Shown here: one piece after another, positions 61,564-64,000 of the stretch
Layout of the letters: every line of letters begins with the position of its first letter
How positions within the stretch are numbered: the stretch's first letter is position 1
Origin: Monocercomonoides exilis PA203
Lineage: Eukaryota; Protista; Preaxostyla
Assembly: GCA_001643675.2 (NCBI GenBank)
Contig: LSRY02000045.1
Span: forward strand, 124,001-188,000
Length of the DNA stretch: 64,000 nt
Direction: 5' to 3'
Position numbers and translations under genes: made by a program
The notes under the pieces: generated by a model
Database searches by the model: none
Told to the model about the DNA's origin: nothing
What the model saw: only the letters and a program-made list of their open reading frames with translations

Positions 61564-64000
61564 TACACTCCCTCCTCCTTCACTTTCTTCTTCTCTTTTT
61601 TCTTCTCTTCCTTCACTTCCTCTTCCTTCACCTCTCTCCCACTTCTCGTCTGCACCATCCCTCTCAATACAATTTTCATCAAAAACTCAAATTATTCTAC
61701 AACCCTTTCCCTCCCTCTTTCTGCTGCATATGTAATGAATCTCATAAAAAAAATATAACAGACCTTCGCTGCCAATTCCTTTTTATAACTATGATCCTAT
61801 AAAGCTCTTTCCCAAGCTAATTCCACCATTGACCTTCACTTTCTATCGTTTGATGTAATTTCACTCCCTTGAAGTTTTACGAAAACGCCAGCAAAAACAA
61901 TTTTGTTCAAACAAATAAAAAGAAAAAACAATAAATCATATTAAAAATAGGTCAAATAATATCACCAATAAAAATGTCATACCTTTGTTTTCCTTTTCTC
62001 TCGCCCACTTTTCTCAAAGAATCGCTGCATTCCTTGCTTCCTCATCCCTTCCCTCATCTCCGGCAAAAACAAAACATTTTGCAACCTCCGTCCATTAAGA
62101 TAAATATTCTGGAGCCTATCCCCATCTTCTTTTTAGAATTTTCTCCAAATTATCTGTATTCTTCCTCACAAAAGCTAATCACCTCTATTTTTTACCAAAA
62201 CCTCTTTCTCCTTTCATCTTTCTTCCCTTTCTCTTAACTCATCTTCAAACATCCCTCAAAAATCTAATATTCAATTTTCTTTCATCTCATTCTTCTTCAT
62301 CTGAAACATCTGAAACATCACGCCACGCCGCTTCGCCTTTCATGCAGCGGAGGAGCAAAGGAGACGAATGGCCATCATCATAATTGGCACCCGCAGTCGA
62401 CCCTTCAGATGAATCGGCTGTGGCTGCATCTCACATTAAAGACAAAAAACTGCACCACAACGTGAGGTGGCTAAGGATTGACGTGCCCGAGGCAGCCGGG
62501 TTGTTGTCGCTTTCATCTTCGCAATCACTTCAATCACTTCACTCACTGCTGAAAGCACTCCGAGGTTTCAATGTTGGCTTGCTGCGCCCAGCTGAACAGA
62601 ACGTGCTGTGTCCGCTCAATGTGTGATGCTTTCCATTCCACTTCTGGCTATGCTCCCGTTTCTTGAGGACTTGCCGAGAAAGAAGTCGTCGAAGAAGCAG
62701 TTATTAACAGCAGTAGACGTGGTTGCGTTCCTGCCAATCTGCAATCCGCCTGATCCATCGCTGGCTTCATCGGCCATTGAATGGCTAAAGAACCGATAGA
62801 AGCAATCGAGGCATGCAGAGTGATGAAGCTGGTCAACAAAATGAGGAGGCGAAAGGTTGCAGTGAATGAAGTGGGAGAGTTTGCGGAGAAGGCGCTGGAG
62901 GCGGTGGGGCAGAGGGGCTGATGAAGGAAGATGTGGTTCTGTCGCCTGCAGCGATTGTGCCGAATTTGCTGGAAGAAAGATAAGAAGAAGAAGAAGAAGA
63001 AGAAGAAGTTGGAAAGGAAAAGGAGGCGAAGCGGATGAGCGGGTTGGCAGAGCAGCTGCAGGAGAAGGGCAAGATCATCTGGATGAATCAGAGGAAGATT
63101 CTGGAGCTGAGCGAGAAGCACAACACAGAGGTGAAGCAGGTGAAGCAGGTGAAGGAGAAGAAGTGCTAGGCACAGCAAGGAGGAGTGGTGAGCGTGGATG
63201 GCAAGTGGAAACTAGCTGGTCGGTGGTTACAATTGCCATATCTTCTTCATTAATTTGTGCGTATAATGGAATTGTTCCATCTTTGGCTTTGTTGATTCTG
63301 CCGTTGGGGCTTTGTGAAAAGTGCCAGGAGAAGTTAACAGAGATCAACAAAAATGGAAGTGCTGTGATGCTTGGGCCAGACCTGAATGGGAAGGAGGTTG
63401 TTGCAAAAGTGGGGAGCGGGGTGAGTGTTGTGGGAGAAGCAAACAGCGGAGGTGGAGGAGGTGGTGGAAGAGCAGACGCAACGGCGCAGCAGAAGACGAA
63501 CGAGACGGAGAAGGAAAATGAAGATGCTGATGGAACTTCCGAAAGTGAAGGAGCAGACGATCTGAGAGCAGAAGGCGCTATTCGAGGAGGCGATTAAGAA
63601 TCAGAAGAAGAGCGAGGCAATCAGGAAGGTGATGATCCACGGGGGAGAAGCTATTCTAGTGGAACATTGCAGAGATGTGGCTGTTTGGGAGGTTTGTGAG
63701 GGAGGAGTTCAACGAAGACAAGCTGTCGCTCTTCTTGTTCTTTGATATCGTGCTTGAAAGAGGAGCGGAGAAGAAGATCAAGATGTTTTTTGGTGGAGTT
63801 CGAGAAGATACAGTCAAAGATGGGAGTGGCAGATGCGTCTGTGTCTCTGGGGATTCTGCTGAATAACAACTGGGCAGAAGAAAAAATGATGAAAGGAGAC
63901 GATAATGGAGCTGTATGATGCCATATGTTCTGGGGATGCATTGATTTCTTCGTCAACGATATTAGGTGTATCACAAATTCAGAGATGGAATCTCTTCTGT

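Larger units (their letters stand above)
53076..64000. repeat. Giant palindrome P4 (tail-to-tail C3/C4); arms end at 58443 and start at 58636, 192-bp spacer; right arm runs off the window
   Basis: Mirror ORF pairs sum to about 117075-117079. Confidence 0.95.

Noticed and set aside
1-64000. tRNA, rRNA or telomeric repeat arrays
   Set aside because: None recognised by eye; a covariance-model search would be needed to exclude small RNAs.

Overview
Eukaryotic, AT-rich DNA. Composition (GAA/TCT low complexity) and protein style suggest an oxymonad such as Monocercomonoides; this is inference. From about 0.7 kb to the window end, the sequence is a concertina of back-to-back giant palindromes with centres at about 4609, 21734, a composite centre at 36.7-42.6 kb, and 58540. 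A roughly 15-17 kb unit [A cassette - decayed filler - C cassette] repeats in alternating orientation. The arms carry eight paralogous, truncated copies of a Cys/Gly/Ser-rich GG(A/G)-repeat beta-helix (Pmp/pectin-lyase-like) surface-protein gene. Non-coding arm DNA is almost identical between partners, while the beta-helix coding segments differ in short patches that recur in other paralogs. That is the signature of segmental gene-conversion shuffling and suggests a silent-cassette diversification system. A complete 4.53-kb DIRS-type tyrosine-recombinase retrotransposon (gag, RT/RNaseH/MTase, YR, 74-bp ITRs, ICR) lies in the third centre. It has mirror-image host flanks, an ICR resembling the target site, a YxxK catalytic variant, and a long overlapping ORF joined to the YR across one TAA. 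All comparisons were made by eye; no database searches were run.
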